Below, in pieces: positions 9,218 through 19,152 of a stretch of 64,000 nt of DNA. The DNA is from Candidatus Altimarinota bacterium (GTDB lineage: Bacteria; Patescibacteriota; Gracilibacteria; UBA1369). The stretch lies in contig OY782391.1 of NCBI GenBank assembly GCA_963677745.1, forward strand, positions 1,024,001 through 1,088,000, in the 5' to 3' direction. The notes below the pieces were generated by a model, which worked only from the letters and a program-made list of their open reading frames with translations, searched no databases and was not told the origin of the DNA. A program made the position numbers and the translations under genes. How positions within the stretch are numbered: the stretch's first letter is position 1; each line of letters begins with the position of its first letter.

Positions 9218-10645
9218 ATGCTCATTACCCAGAACCTGCAATACGACTATTCCGGACAGCATCTGTTCGAAAACGTCAGCGTGTCTTTGGACAGCGCGGC
9301 CAAAAAGCGGGTGGCCATCGTCGGCAAAAACGGCTGCGGCAAGACCAGCCTCCTCAAGCTGCTGGTCGGGGAGGCAGAGCCCACGCATGGCAGTGTCAGT
9401 TGTTCGCGGGAAATTATCGGTTATCTCAAACAGGAGCCGGATTTCGCTGACGAGACCAAACTGGTCGGTGAATTTCTGGAAAGCAAACTGGAAGAGGACT
9501 GGATGACTTACAAACTGGAAATGGTTCTGGATGAGGTGAGTCTCCCTCTCGACATTCAGCTTTTGCCTTTGGATAAACTGAGCGGCGGCCAGCGCATGCG
9601 CATCGCCCTGGCTGAAGTACTTTTGAAAGAGCCGACTATACTGCTTCTGGACGAACCTACCAATCATCTGGATACCGCTTCCATCGAATGGCTGGTCGGT
9701 TTCCTGAATAACTTCAGCGGTACGGTGGCTTTTGTCTCCCATGACCGCACCTTCATCAATCAGGTGGCCAACCAGATCTGGGAAATCACCGCCGACCGCA
9801 ACATCGAGGTCTACGGGGTGAAATATGATCAGTATCTGATCGAGCGCTATGAACGTTATCTGAAAAAGCTGGCCGCTTTCGAACTCAGTCAGCGTGAAAT
9901 CCGCGAGCTGCAGGACTGGCTGCGCGCCAATGCCAATCATCCCAAGTATAAATTTACGGCTACCGTGGCCCAGCGCAAAAAAGCCCTGGAGCGGATGGAA
10001 GTCAAAGCTCCTCCCGAACCGATGGCCGATCCTCGCGTCAAAATGCATCATCTCAGCAAAGACCAGTCCGGCACCGTGCTGTCGGCTAAAATCCATGAAA
10101 AATCCTTCGGTGACCGTAAAATATTGACCAATCTGGAATTCAAAATTCACGCCGGGGAGCGCTTCCTGATCCGCGGTCCCAATGGTTCAGGCAAAACCAC
10201 GTTGATGAAAATTCTGGCCGGTGAGGACAAGGATTTCGATGGACAACTGGTCTATAAACAAAATCTCAAAATCGGTTATCTTCAACAGTTCAGCTCTCTC
10301 GATCCCGGGGAAACGGTAATCGATCAATTCAGTTCGCGCACTCAGACGGAATACACGCTGGCCCGCAGTATCCTGTCCAAGTATCTGTTTCCGGCCGAGT
10401 TTATGGACGATAAAATCAAAAATCTCAGTTTCGGCCAACAGCGCCGTCTGGAACTGGCCATCCTGCTTACCCGCAAACCTGATTTGCTGCTGCTGGACGA
10501 GCCCACCAACCATCTGGACATCTTCCTGCGCGAGGATTTGGAAAATTTTTTGATGCAACAGGAAGTAGCCATGTGCATCATTTCCCACGACAGTTATTTC
10601 CTCAATAAAATCGGGATTGCTCAGATTGTGGAACTGACCGTCTGA
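9218..10645 (+). CDS. ABC-F family ATPase
   Basis: Two ABC domains (GKNGCGKT, LSGGQ, LLLDEPTNHLD; GPNGSGKT, LSFGQ, LLLDEPTNHLD), no TM segments; ATG at 9218. Confidence 0.93.
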   Translation: MLITQNLQYDYSGQHLFENVSVSLDSAAKKRVAIVGKNGCGKTSLLKLLVGEAEPTHGSVSCSREIIGYLKQEPDFADETKLVGEFLESKLEEDWMTYKLEMVLDEVSLPLDIQLLPLDKLSGGQRMRIALAEVLLKEPTILLLDEPTNHLDTASIEWLVGFLNNFSGTVAFVSHDRTFINQVANQIWEITADRNIEVYGVKYDQYLIERYERYLKKLAAFELSQREIRELQDWLRANANHPKYKFTATVAQRKKALERMEVKAPPEPMADPRVKMHHLSKDQSGTVLSAKIHEKSFGDRKILTNLEFKIHAGERFLIRGPNGSGKTTLMKILAGEDKDFDGQLVYKQNLKIGYLQQFSSLDPGETVIDQFSSRTQTEYTLARSILSKYLFPAEFMDDKIKNLSFGQQRRLELAILLTRKPDLLLLDEPTNHLDIFLREDLENFLMQQEVAMCIISHDSYFLNKIGIAQIVELTV

Positions 10646-12555
10646 ACGCTGCTCTGATCGGATTGTTTCTCCTCCAGCCGGTACCGGTCTTTAATGCTTT
10701 CCCAAATTTCCAGGGTATGGAGTTTTGGTTCCATGATATCTTCGTATTTCAGCAGTCCGATTTGCATGAGGGTGGCAATATTTCTCAGATTTACCGCTCC
10801 CAGATAAGCCAGTTTTTGCAAACCCGACTTGGCCAGTTTTTCCATCAGAATATCCTGTTCCAGATAAACGGTATCTTTGGTGTTGGGCAAATAGCCGGTG
10901 CGATCGGACAACTCAACCCCACTGAAAATTCTTCTCACTCTGGGTATCAGCATTCTTACGGCTTTTTGTGCTTCTTCCAAAAACTTTTGTTTTTCCAGCG
11001 GATTGTTTAAATCATATTTGGCCCTGATTCTGGAAAGCTCCACTCCATAGGCAGCCTTGAAACAATCCAGGAAATCTCCTCCCTGCTGTTTTCTTTTCAT
11101 GGCCAACAAATAGTAGCTCGCTATGGGCCGGCGATAACCAAAAATCTGCTGAATCAGTTTGTCCTCATTGTAAACGGCGCCGCCTTCCGACATCAGATGT
11201 CCGCGGTCCCCGCCCACAATTTTGAATAATCTCAGGGGGATCCTGGCTTTATTTTCATGCTGTATTACATGTCCTTCGATTTCATGTCCCACGGGCACCA
11301 GCAGACCTTTGATCAGATCGCGTTTGGTGTTGGAGGAATCCAGTACAACTTTTTGTTTGGGATTGATGGCCAGTGTTTTGCGGTCTGCCCTCAAGACATA
11401 TCGCCATTTGTTGTCGGCGGCGGGTGTGGTCTGGGATTTTAAATAGTCACCGCTTTCATCGCTGCTCAGCAGTCCGTATTGGGCCAGCACCTCATCCCCC
11501 CATTTTTTCCGTTGATCGGGAGTAATATTTTCGGCCAGCACCTTTTCCGGATCCAGTCCCTGGGCCAGAATTGAGTTTCTCTGAACCACCGCGAAATCCT
11601 TGTTGGCATCCAGTACCGACAGAACTTTTTCCTCAATTTCCCGGCTGATCTGATTATAATCTCCTTTCGGATCCAGCTCTCTGGATGCTCCGAAAACAAA
11701 TTTGTCCAATACCGCCTGGGTTCTGGGTCTGTTCTTTGTGCCCCAGATCAGGGTCAGAATTTCCCGCTCGGCCGGATCCAGTTTTTCTTCGCCGATTTTT
11801 TCCGCTTTCCCCTGTAATTTAAGCAGCGTGGAATAAAAATTGGCCAGCTGTTCATTGATTCTGGCCAGGTACATCTGCAGAACGGCCTTTTTGGCCTTCA
11901 TCAGACCGGACAAAGGGGGGAGCAATTCGCGTTTTTGTCTGAGCAGGGACTTCTTGATGGATCTTAATTTTTTCAATTTGCCCAGCGTTACCTGGGGATC
12001 AAAAACCAGTCTCACCGACGCGGGATAAACCATGTTTTCCAGAGCGACGTTTCCCTGCTCGTCCAGGGTGGAAAGTATCTGGGATTCCATCTGCTGTTCG
12101 GAATAATTTTGGGCGGTGGAAGAGACGGTATCCAGCATTTTCTCATCCATCAAACTCAATTCCGGAATTTTTGAGTAAAACAGTATTCTTAATCCGTCCA
12201 CGTCTTCCGGCATCGCAACGTCGGGAAAAAGTTTTGCGAATTCCACTTTGCCCGCCTCGGTAAAAAAATAACCCAAATTGAAAGTTTCGGAGCGCGCTTT
12301 CATAGTAGCGGCTTGCTCCATCTCCGCCCCGAGAGGATTTTCAAATTCCAGCAATTCCTTTCTCTCTTCATCCGACAGCTGCAGTGTCTCGGTTGTTCCG
12401 TCAATAATTTGCCGGATATCCTGTATCTCCGCTTCCACGCTGGCCGAAGGTCTTTCCCGGTACAGATGGCGGGGCTGTCCGGATTCGGGCTGAGTGTCCG
12501 TCCGGTCGGTCAAATTTTGGGCTGAAAGATCTGCAGTCGAAAGATCGGTTGTCAT
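10621..12555 (-). CDS. DUF1704/MATCAP-like HExxxH metallopeptidase
   Basis: GHEIEGHVIQHEN followed by SEGGA, and KDTVYL near the C-terminus. Confidence 0.6.
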   Translation of the reverse strand: MTTDLSTADLSAQNLTDRTDTQPESGQPRHLYRERPSASVEAEIQDIRQIIDGTTETLQLSDEERKELLEFENPLGAEMEQAATMKARSETFNLGYFFTEAGKVEFAKLFPDVAMPEDVDGLRILFYSKIPELSLMDEKMLDTVSSTAQNYSEQQMESQILSTLDEQGNVALENMVYPASVRLVFDPQVTLGKLKKLRSIKKSLLRQKRELLPPLSGLMKAKKAVLQMYLARINEQLANFYSTLLKLQGKAEKIGEEKLDPAEREILTLIWGTKNRPRTQAVLDKFVFGASRELDPKGDYNQISREIEEKVLSVLDANKDFAVVQRNSILAQGLDPEKVLAENITPDQRKKWGDEVLAQYGLLSSDESGDYLKSQTTPAADNKWRYVLRADRKTLAINPKQKVVLDSSNTKRDLIKGLLVPVGHEIEGHVIQHENKARIPLRLFKIVGGDRGHLMSEGGAVYNEDKLIQQIFGYRRPIASYYLLAMKRKQQGGDFLDCFKAAYGVELSRIRAKYDLNNPLEKQKFLEEAQKAVRMLIPRVRRIFSGVELSDRTGYLPNTKDTVYLEQDILMEKLAKSGLQKLAYLGAVNLRNIATLMQIGLLKYEDIMEPKLHTLEIWESIKDRYRLEEKQSDQSSVQTVSSTI

Positions 12556-12654
12556 TGGCGGGTGACGATAAAAAATAATCCAATAATTATACCATAAATG
12601 AACCGGGAGACCGAACCATTTTGATTAACTTCAATGTTATTGGAAAAGCAAATT

Positions 12655-14151
12655 TTACCGAACCAGCATTGTCACCGTTTCAGTATGGTAGGTTTGGCTG
12701 AATTGGTCAATCGCCTGGACAAACGACAGACGAAAACCCCGGGCCAGTAGCATATTCAGGTCCCTAGCCAGGGAGCGGGGATTGCAGGAAACATAAATAA
12801 GGCGGCGCGCGGCGGTGGCGGCGATTGCTTCAATGATTTTAGCGGTCAGACCGGCCCGGGGCGGGTCAACGACGATCAGATCCGCTGACGCGCCCATTTC
12901 CGGCAGCAGTTTATTGACGTCTCCCACCATAAAATCGATATTTTTAACTCCGTTCAGCGCGGCGTTCCGCCGCGCATTCTCCACGGCCGGGGCATTCAGT
13001 TCCAGACCGGTAACGCGCCCGTGGCCGTCTAGCGCTTTAGCCAGACTTATTCCTATGGTTCCGGTACCGCAAAACAAGTCGAATACCCGCTCTTTTCCGG
13101 TCAGGGAGGCCAGTTCGGCCACCAGTGAATAAATCCGTTCGGCCTGCCGGGTATTGGGTTGCAAAAAGGCCTGTGGCGCGACTTCAAAACGCAGCGCGCC
13201 GGAAGGCAGATTTAAAAATTCATCAAAAGTTGGCTTGCCCCACATCAGTGTTTCATGGAGGGTGTTGGGTTGCCCCTTTTTATTGGTCATTCTGGTCAGA
13301 TAGACAGAGACCAGTTTGTCTTCGATTAGGCTTTCTCTTTCGCGGAAAAATTTGCGCACCAGTTCCGAATATTCTACCGACCATTCCGTCTCGGCATTTT
13401 CCACCACCAGATTCACCAGCACTTCCCGGCTGTTGGTACCGGCGCGCACGATCAGTGATTTAAAAGTGCCCTCGGAGCCGAGCTGGCAGCTCTGCAAAAA
13501 CGGGCGCAAATGATCCAGAAATTCTCCCACCCAGGGTCGGAACAACAGACATTCATGAATTTCCGTAACGTCATAATAACGCCCCTTCATATGCAGTCCG
13601 ATATGGCGTTTTCCCTCCCGGTCAGACGTAATACTGAAATCCATTTTATTGCGGTAGCCCCAGGGGCTTTCGGCGGCCATGATCGGTCTCCAGACTTTCT
13701 CCAGTTTCGTTTCATCAATTCCGGCAGTTTTAATTAGTGAATTCCAAACCTCGTCCGCTTTGATTTTTAGTTGGTCCTCGTATTTCAGAAATTGCCAGGT
13801 ACAGCCGCCGCAATTGGCGGAAAGATCTGGGCGGCCCTGCGCATCAACAGTTTGAGGTTCCCCCAGCTCATTCAGCCTAACGCCAAAATGCGGACATTTC
13901 GGTTTGGCGCGCTGCGGGGAAAGTTTAATATATTTTTTAACAAAACCGCGGGTCACCCCCCGTCTGGTGGAAGATAATTCAATCTCCACTTCATCACCCG
14001 GAGCAACGCCCTCGATAAAAACAGTCAGCCGGCGCGGCGACCCGTCCTTCTCCAGCCCGTTTTCCAGATGCACCACTCCGGGCCCGTCAAAAACCACCTT
14101 TTCCACTGTCACCGCAACCCGGTCACCTTTTTTAAAAACCTGTTGATTCAT
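12655..14151 (-). CDS. rlmD: 23S rRNA (uracil-1939-C5)-methyltransferase
   Basis: TRAM domain, C..CGGC cluster ligands, AFLQPN, DLFCGTG, VDPPRAG and YVSCNP motifs. Confidence 0.93.
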   Translation of the reverse strand: MNQQVFKKGDRVAVTVEKVVFDGPGVVHLENGLEKDGSPRRLTVFIEGVAPGDEVEIELSSTRRGVTRGFVKKYIKLSPQRAKPKCPHFGVRLNELGEPQTVDAQGRPDLSANCGGCTWQFLKYEDQLKIKADEVWNSLIKTAGIDETKLEKVWRPIMAAESPWGYRNKMDFSITSDREGKRHIGLHMKGRYYDVTEIHECLLFRPWVGEFLDHLRPFLQSCQLGSEGTFKSLIVRAGTNSREVLVNLVVENAETEWSVEYSELVRKFFRERESLIEDKLVSVYLTRMTNKKGQPNTLHETLMWGKPTFDEFLNLPSGALRFEVAPQAFLQPNTRQAERIYSLVAELASLTGKERVFDLFCGTGTIGISLAKALDGHGRVTGLELNAPAVENARRNAALNGVKNIDFMVGDVNKLLPEMGASADLIVVDPPRAGLTAKIIEAIAATAARRLIYVSCNPRSLARDLNMLLARGFRLSFVQAIDQFSQTYHTETVTMLVR

Positions 14152-14160
14152 GTAAAATAT

Positions 14161-14532
14161 TTATGCCGCTGAAGTGCCCTCACGTCCGTAGCTGTCTTCC
14201 AGCCGAACCACATCATCCAGATGGGGAGTCGACACTTCAAACACATCACAGTCTTCCAGCGCGATCATACGATGTGTTTGTCCGGGCACGATATGAAAAG
14301 CATCACCTGCTTTCAGTAAAATTTCCGTCAGTGCTCCATCTGAAGTTCCAACGACCAAAGTCATCCGCCCCTGAAACACCAGCACGGTCTCTTCCTTGAT
14401 CTGATGATATTGCAATGAAAGTTTCTGGCCTTTTTTGATATGCAAAATTTTGCCGACATAGTCCTTGGTATGGGCCCAAATCAACTCGTGTCCCCAGGGT
14501 TTTTCGACCCGTTTAGTAATTTGTTCGCTCAT
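14161..14532 (-). CDS. Cupin protein (mannose-6-phosphate isomerase type II C-terminal-like)
   Basis: KPWG, LSLQYH...E and DDVVRLEDSYGR motifs. Confidence 0.85.
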   Translation of the reverse strand: MSEQITKRVEKPWGHELIWAHTKDYVGKILHIKKGQKLSLQYHQIKEETVLVFQGRMTLVVGTSDGALTEILLKAGDAFHIVPGQTHRMIALEDCDVFEVSTPHLDDVVRLEDSYGREGTSAA

Positions 14533-14553
14533 GATATTCGTACGATGGTTGAT

Positions 14554-15051
14554 TTATCGGTAATTTTGGAAAGTCAAAGTTGCTCCGACCTCCTCTTCCT
14601 TGTCTCGTAAATAACCGATTACGGTCTGCAATTCGTCTTTGTCTTTGGCCGATACGCGCACCGCATCACCCTGGATGGAACCTTTGGCTTTAAAGCCTCC
14701 GTCCTTGATCAGAGCCGAGATTTTTTTACATTTTTCCTGAGTCAGGGCTTTCACCAGTTTTACTTCCAGTTTGAACTGCATCCCGCCTACCGGTTTAATT
14801 TCACCTTTATCCAGAATGCGCGGGGACTGTTTGCGGTTAATTACTTTTTGCAGCAGCAAATCCCAGACCTGTCCGACCTGCATTTCACTGCCGGCCACCA
14901 CTGTGATCAGATCGTCGCCCAACTCCACCGTGGCATTGCTGCCGCGGAAATCATAACGTGTAGAGATTTCCCGCTTCACCTGGTCCACTGCATTGCGCAC
15001 TTCCTGCAGATCAAATTGGGAAACGATATCAAATGAAAATTCCGATGCCAT
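14554..15051 (-). CDS. yajQ: YajQ family nucleotide/c-di-GMP-binding protein
   Basis: SFDIVS, EVRNAVDQ, RYDFRG, SIQGDAVRV and FQNYR motifs. Confidence 0.95.
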   Translation of the reverse strand: MASEFSFDIVSQFDLQEVRNAVDQVKREISTRYDFRGSNATVELGDDLITVVAGSEMQVGQVWDLLLQKVINRKQSPRILDKGEIKPVGGMQFKLEVKLVKALTQEKCKKISALIKDGGFKAKGSIQGDAVRVSAKDKDELQTVIGYLRDKEEEVGATLTFQNYR

Positions 15052-15143
15052 ATTTTCTTTGATTAAATTATCGCCGCCATCTTAGCACAAAAGCTGAAAA
15101 GTCATATTGAAAATTGTCGGTCTTTGGCATAAGGTAGCTCTCG

Positions 15144-15623
15144 ATGCATATCCAGATTATCCAAGTCGGCAAAACCAAGAATAATTTCGTCCGGGAGGCC
15201 GAAAGGGAATATCTGATGCGGCTGGAAGGCTCTACTAAAGTTGAGGTTGTCACCCTTCGTGAATCCCATATTGACGAATCGGCCAATAAACAGCTTCGTT
15301 CCAAGGCCGTGGAAGCTGAAGGAAAAGCTATTCTGGAAGCTCTTCCCAAGCAGTCATTTCTGATTGTTTTGGACGAGCGGGGAAAATCTATGGATTCACT
15401 GGAATTTGCCCAGCAGCTCAAAAAAATCCGCGACTTCGAAGGCGGTAAAATCACAATTGTTATTGGTGGTCCTTTCGGTCTGTCCGATCACGTCAAATCC
15501 CGTGCCAATCTGCTTCTCAGTTTCAGCAGTTTTACCTTTACGCACGAAATTATCCGTATGCTTTTGCTGGAACAGTTGTTTCGAGCCTTTACCATTCTGC
15601 AGAATAAAACTTATCATTATTGA
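15144..15623 (+). CDS. rlmH: 23S rRNA (pseudouridine-1915-N3)-methyltransferase
   Basis: IIQVGK, LDERG, IGGPFG, FTFTHEIIRMLLLEQLFRA and YH motifs. Confidence 0.96.
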   Translation: MHIQIIQVGKTKNNFVREAEREYLMRLEGSTKVEVVTLRESHIDESANKQLRSKAVEAEGKAILEALPKQSFLIVLDERGKSMDSLEFAQQLKKIRDFEGGKITIVIGGPFGLSDHVKSRANLLLSFSSFTFTHEIIRMLLLEQLFRAFTILQNKTYHY

Positions 15624-17233
15624 TGAAGCGGAAAATTATCACAGCACTGGTTGCTTTTGTCCTGACCTTTGCCGCCGGGATTTTGTTGATGAGACTGGTG
15701 GAAACTCCCCAGACTCTGCAGGGCGATTTGCTGACGCCTCCCAAGACTTATTTTTCCCCCGAACGTAAAATTTCCGCCGCTATTCTTTCCCAGAAAGATA
15801 CCAAAGTTCCCGAACTGAACCGCCGCAATCTTTCACATGCCGCGATTTCTCTGCTCACCAACCTCAAAAAAGATCAGCAATTTGATCAGATTATTATCAT
15901 TCTGGATCCCGCCGTTCCTTCCGACCAGGAAGATCTTTTCTGGGAACAGGCCAAATTCGATTTTCCCCAGGCCCGCTACCAGGTCATCAAACCGTCCGCC
16001 GATCGTACTGAAGTGGATTTGTATAAGGAACTGAAAACCCTCCAGACCCCCGATACGCTTTATATTCTGCACAGTTATCTCAATTATACAGATTTTGACG
16101 AAGGGCTGCTGGAGTTGCAGAAAGCCCATTACAAAGACGTGTTCGGCAATCTGTCCAAATCCGCCCTGCTCACACTGCCTTTCACCAATGCCGAAGCTCT
16201 CAAAGCTGTCTATCAGCTGGCCAAAGACTCAGGCTCACTGAAAGCCCTACCCACCCTGGAGGACGGTACTTATGAATATCAGATCAAATATCTGGCCGAA
16301 GGTTCCGGCAGTCCCGGCGAAAAAGCCAATCTGACCTTTTTCGGGGATCTTATGCTGGGGCGGCATGTGCGCGTACTGATGGACCGCTACGGTCAGGATT
16401 ATCCGTTTCAGGAAATGGACCGGGCTTATCTGCAAACCAATGATCTGCTGATTGCCAATCTGGAAGGTCCTGTGGCCGAAAAAGCCATCCAAACCAGCAA
16501 ATCCATTGCTTTTCGTTTCCTGCCGGACGTTGTGCCCCTGCTGAAGAAATATTATTTTGACGCACTTTCCTCCGCCAACAATCACACTTTTGACATGGGG
16601 GCCCAAGGGCTGGAAGACACGTTCCGCCTGCTTCCGGAAGGTGGCCTCACTTCGTTCGGCCACCCCCGCGACCTGAACGAGCAATCCGTCGCCCTGCTCA
16701 CCGTAAACGGCCGCAAAATCGCCCTGCTCGGACTCAACCACACCGATTTCAAATTGGACAAAGCTGCCGTCACCACCCGCATCACCGAACTGCGCGACCA
16801 GGGCTATCAGGTTATTCCTTATATTCATTGGGGAGTGGAATACAAACACACCCCCACCACCGAACAGGTAGATCAGGCTCATGCCTTTGTGGACGCCGGA
16901 GCCATTGCCGTGGTGGGTATGCATCCGCATGTGGTTCAGAGCATTGAAATCTATAATAACGCACCCATTTTCTACTCTCTGGGCAACGCTGTCTTTGACC
17001 AGTATTTTTCCCAGGATACTCAGGAAGGCTTAAGTTTCACCATGCGTCTCACGCCGGAGGAAATGCAGATATATCTCTCTCCGATTAAAATTGAACAAAG
17101 CCAGTTCCGTCTGATGCTTCCGGACGAACGCACAAAATTCCTGCAAAAATTGGCCGACTGGTGGAGATATGACCAGGCAACAAAAGATCAGATTTTAAAA
17201 GGAGAAATTGTAATAAAACTCCCAAAAAATTGA
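15620..17233 (+). CDS. CapA family metallophosphoesterase (poly-gamma-glutamate synthesis protein-like), membrane anchored
   Basis: GDLMLGR, NLEGP, ANNHTFD, HWGVEY, GMHPHVVQ and YSLGNAVFDQ motifs. Confidence 0.9.
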   Translation: MMKRKIITALVAFVLTFAAGILLMRLVETPQTLQGDLLTPPKTYFSPERKISAAILSQKDTKVPELNRRNLSHAAISLLTNLKKDQQFDQIIIILDPAVPSDQEDLFWEQAKFDFPQARYQVIKPSADRTEVDLYKELKTLQTPDTLYILHSYLNYTDFDEGLLELQKAHYKDVFGNLSKSALLTLPFTNAEALKAVYQLAKDSGSLKALPTLEDGTYEYQIKYLAEGSGSPGEKANLTFFGDLMLGRHVRVLMDRYGQDYPFQEMDRAYLQTNDLLIANLEGPVAEKAIQTSKSIAFRFLPDVVPLLKKYYFDALSSANNHTFDMGAQGLEDTFRLLPEGGLTSFGHPRDLNEQSVALLTVNGRKIALLGLNHTDFKLDKAAVTTRITELRDQGYQVIPYIHWGVEYKHTPTTEQVDQAHAFVDAGAIAVVGMHPHVVQSIEIYNNAPIFYSLGNAVFDQYFSQDTQEGLSFTMRLTPEEMQIYLSPIKIEQSQFRLMLPDERTKFLQKLADWWRYDQATKDQILKGEIVIKLPKN

Positions 17234-17303
17234 TTTAAAATAATAGAAAACTATAGTTGCAATCGAAGCCACAAATTAAATAGAAAAAATAGCAAGAACG
17301 ACA

Positions 17304-17864
17304 ATGAGAAAACATTTATCAATACTTATTCCGGTTTTTTCAATATTTGCCCTTACCGCCTGTCAGGCCGGACTTCCTGCCGAACGTCCCCTCAATCAGG
17401 GCGACCGGCCCCGGGTAACTTATAACACTCAGCCGGTGGAGGAGGTTTTTCCGGTACTTAATGTCACTCAAAAAGACCAGAAGAGTGAATTCAAAATGCG
17501 CAGCCAGACCTCCCGATATCTGAACTCCTCCAATACAGAACTGGAAATTACACTTTCCAGTTCCGCTGTGGCTTTTTGTAAAAATGAAGCACCCACCCTT
17601 AAGGAAGGGGAAGAACAATTAAAGTTCATCATCAAATCCAAAGACGGCAAAACACCGGTCGGCAAGACGGAATTCGCCAAAAACGAAGCTTATGAAATTT
17701 CCATAATGCGCAAGACTCCGACCCTCGATACCAAAATTCCCGCTGACTCACTTGAGAGCTTCAAAATCACCGATCTCAATAATGCCATTGTCCGCGGCCA
17801 CCTCAAAATCGCTGCAACCGATCTGACCATCGAAGGTGAATTCTTTACGGCAATCTGCAAATAG
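17304..17864 (+). CDS. Putative lipoprotein
   Basis: Signal peptide ending in the lipobox LTAC. Confidence 0.75.
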   Translation: MRKHLSILIPVFSIFALTACQAGLPAERPLNQGDRPRVTYNTQPVEEVFPVLNVTQKDQKSEFKMRSQTSRYLNSSNTELEITLSSSAVAFCKNEAPTLKEGEEQLKFIIKSKDGKTPVGKTEFAKNEAYEISIMRKTPTLDTKIPADSLESFKITDLNNAIVRGHLKIAATDLTIEGEFFTAICK

Positions 17865-17904
17865 TCCCGGGCAGCCACTCTGTTCGGTAAACCCCAGACT
17901 GCTG

Positions 17905-17932
17905 TTGACAAAATGCAGCAATTATTTAAAAT
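17905..17932 (+). promoter_or_regulatory. Sigma70-like promoter
   Basis: TTGACA-16 nt-TAAAAT upstream of ORF 17955. Confidence 0.6.
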
Positions 17933-17954
17933 GCGCTCTTATATTTAAATTGCC

Positions 17955-19148
17955 ATGACCCTGAAACCTCCGGAACTCAACCTGACCGAAACCAGAAACC
18001 GTGTTGAGTCCGATCAGTATCAGACCGGTATCAACGAAACCTGCGCCATGAGAGCCCGCACCCGCGGTGCCCTCAGTCGGTTTTTGATAGATAACCGTCT
18101 CGGTCAACTTCTGACTCAAATTGGTGTTTTTACCCATCCCACCCTCAAGGAAAAAGATTTGCGGGAAGAGGCAATCCGCACACTGGCCGGCCTGTTTCAG
18201 GAAGTCGACCCGGATTTAACAGAGCCGGATGCCCGGCTGCTGGTTCTGGGAGAAAGAGATTTTCAACCCAAAAAGCCGCAGGAAGTCGTATTGGAAATCC
18301 AGATCGAACACCGGCTTTTCTGGGGCAAATTACTGAATCAACATCAGGAATATCCCTACAATAAACTTGCCGAATGTTACGATTTGAAGGCCAGGGATTT
18401 TGAGCAGCCGGAAGACTATAAAAGTGAAGAAAACAGACACCAGTTTGCGGAACTTTTTGAAAGAGTATTGCAGGAAAAAGAATATGTCTTTATACGTGAT
18501 GAATGCCTGAAAAAGATTAAAGAGGGAGATTGGGCAAGCCTGATCGGGTTTGTTTTCCAGAACTATCCCGACCCGCCGATTACCCCGCTAATCCGGGAAT
18601 TTTTTGGGAATTGGGGTCACCGCATCTTTAAACAGGAAGGATTTCGCAGCCAGTTGGTAAATTATATGATTAATCTGCTGGTTACCGATGGCCAGCAAAA
18701 CTTTGATCAATTTGACGCTTTTCTTTCCTCGCTGGGTTTGGATTTGTCCGCTTCCAAGGAGAAAGCTGCCCTGAGCGATGCGGAATTTCCTTCTGCTGCC
18801 ATGGAAAATCTCTGGTTGAGGAACAGGGAGGACTTCTTCCGCGTCATCGAAAAACTCTACTGTATCGGACTGCTCTCGGAACAATATCAGGCTAAGGCGG
18901 AACTGCAGAGAAAATTTGTTGAATACACATTGTTGGCCTTGCACGGAATGGCCGATCATCAATTCTTCGTGAGACATCTGAGGCCTCTGGCCGCCAGTCT
19001 GGAAATGTTCGACGAGTCGCAACTGCGTTTGAGCGAAAGACACGTCTTATACGGCGCTTATGTTGATGCGGGCATGCTCTGCGGCAAGCAGCCCTTGCCG
19101 GAGCTCAGGGAGATCTACCGGAGGCGGAGGAAGACTGAAGATATCTGA
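17955..19148 (+). CDS. Hypothetical protein
   Basis: 397-aa ORF with its own promoter; no recognised motif. Confidence 0.75.
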   Translation: MTLKPPELNLTETRNRVESDQYQTGINETCAMRARTRGALSRFLIDNRLGQLLTQIGVFTHPTLKEKDLREEAIRTLAGLFQEVDPDLTEPDARLLVLGERDFQPKKPQEVVLEIQIEHRLFWGKLLNQHQEYPYNKLAECYDLKARDFEQPEDYKSEENRHQFAELFERVLQEKEYVFIRDECLKKIKEGDWASLIGFVFQNYPDPPITPLIREFFGNWGHRIFKQEGFRSQLVNYMINLLVTDGQQNFDQFDAFLSSLGLDLSASKEKAALSDAEFPSAAMENLWLRNREDFFRVIEKLYCIGLLSEQYQAKAELQRKFVEYTLLALHGMADHQFFVRHLRPLAASLEMFDESQLRLSERHVLYGAYVDAGMLCGKQPLPELREIYRRRRKTEDI

Positions 19149-19152
19149 GCGC

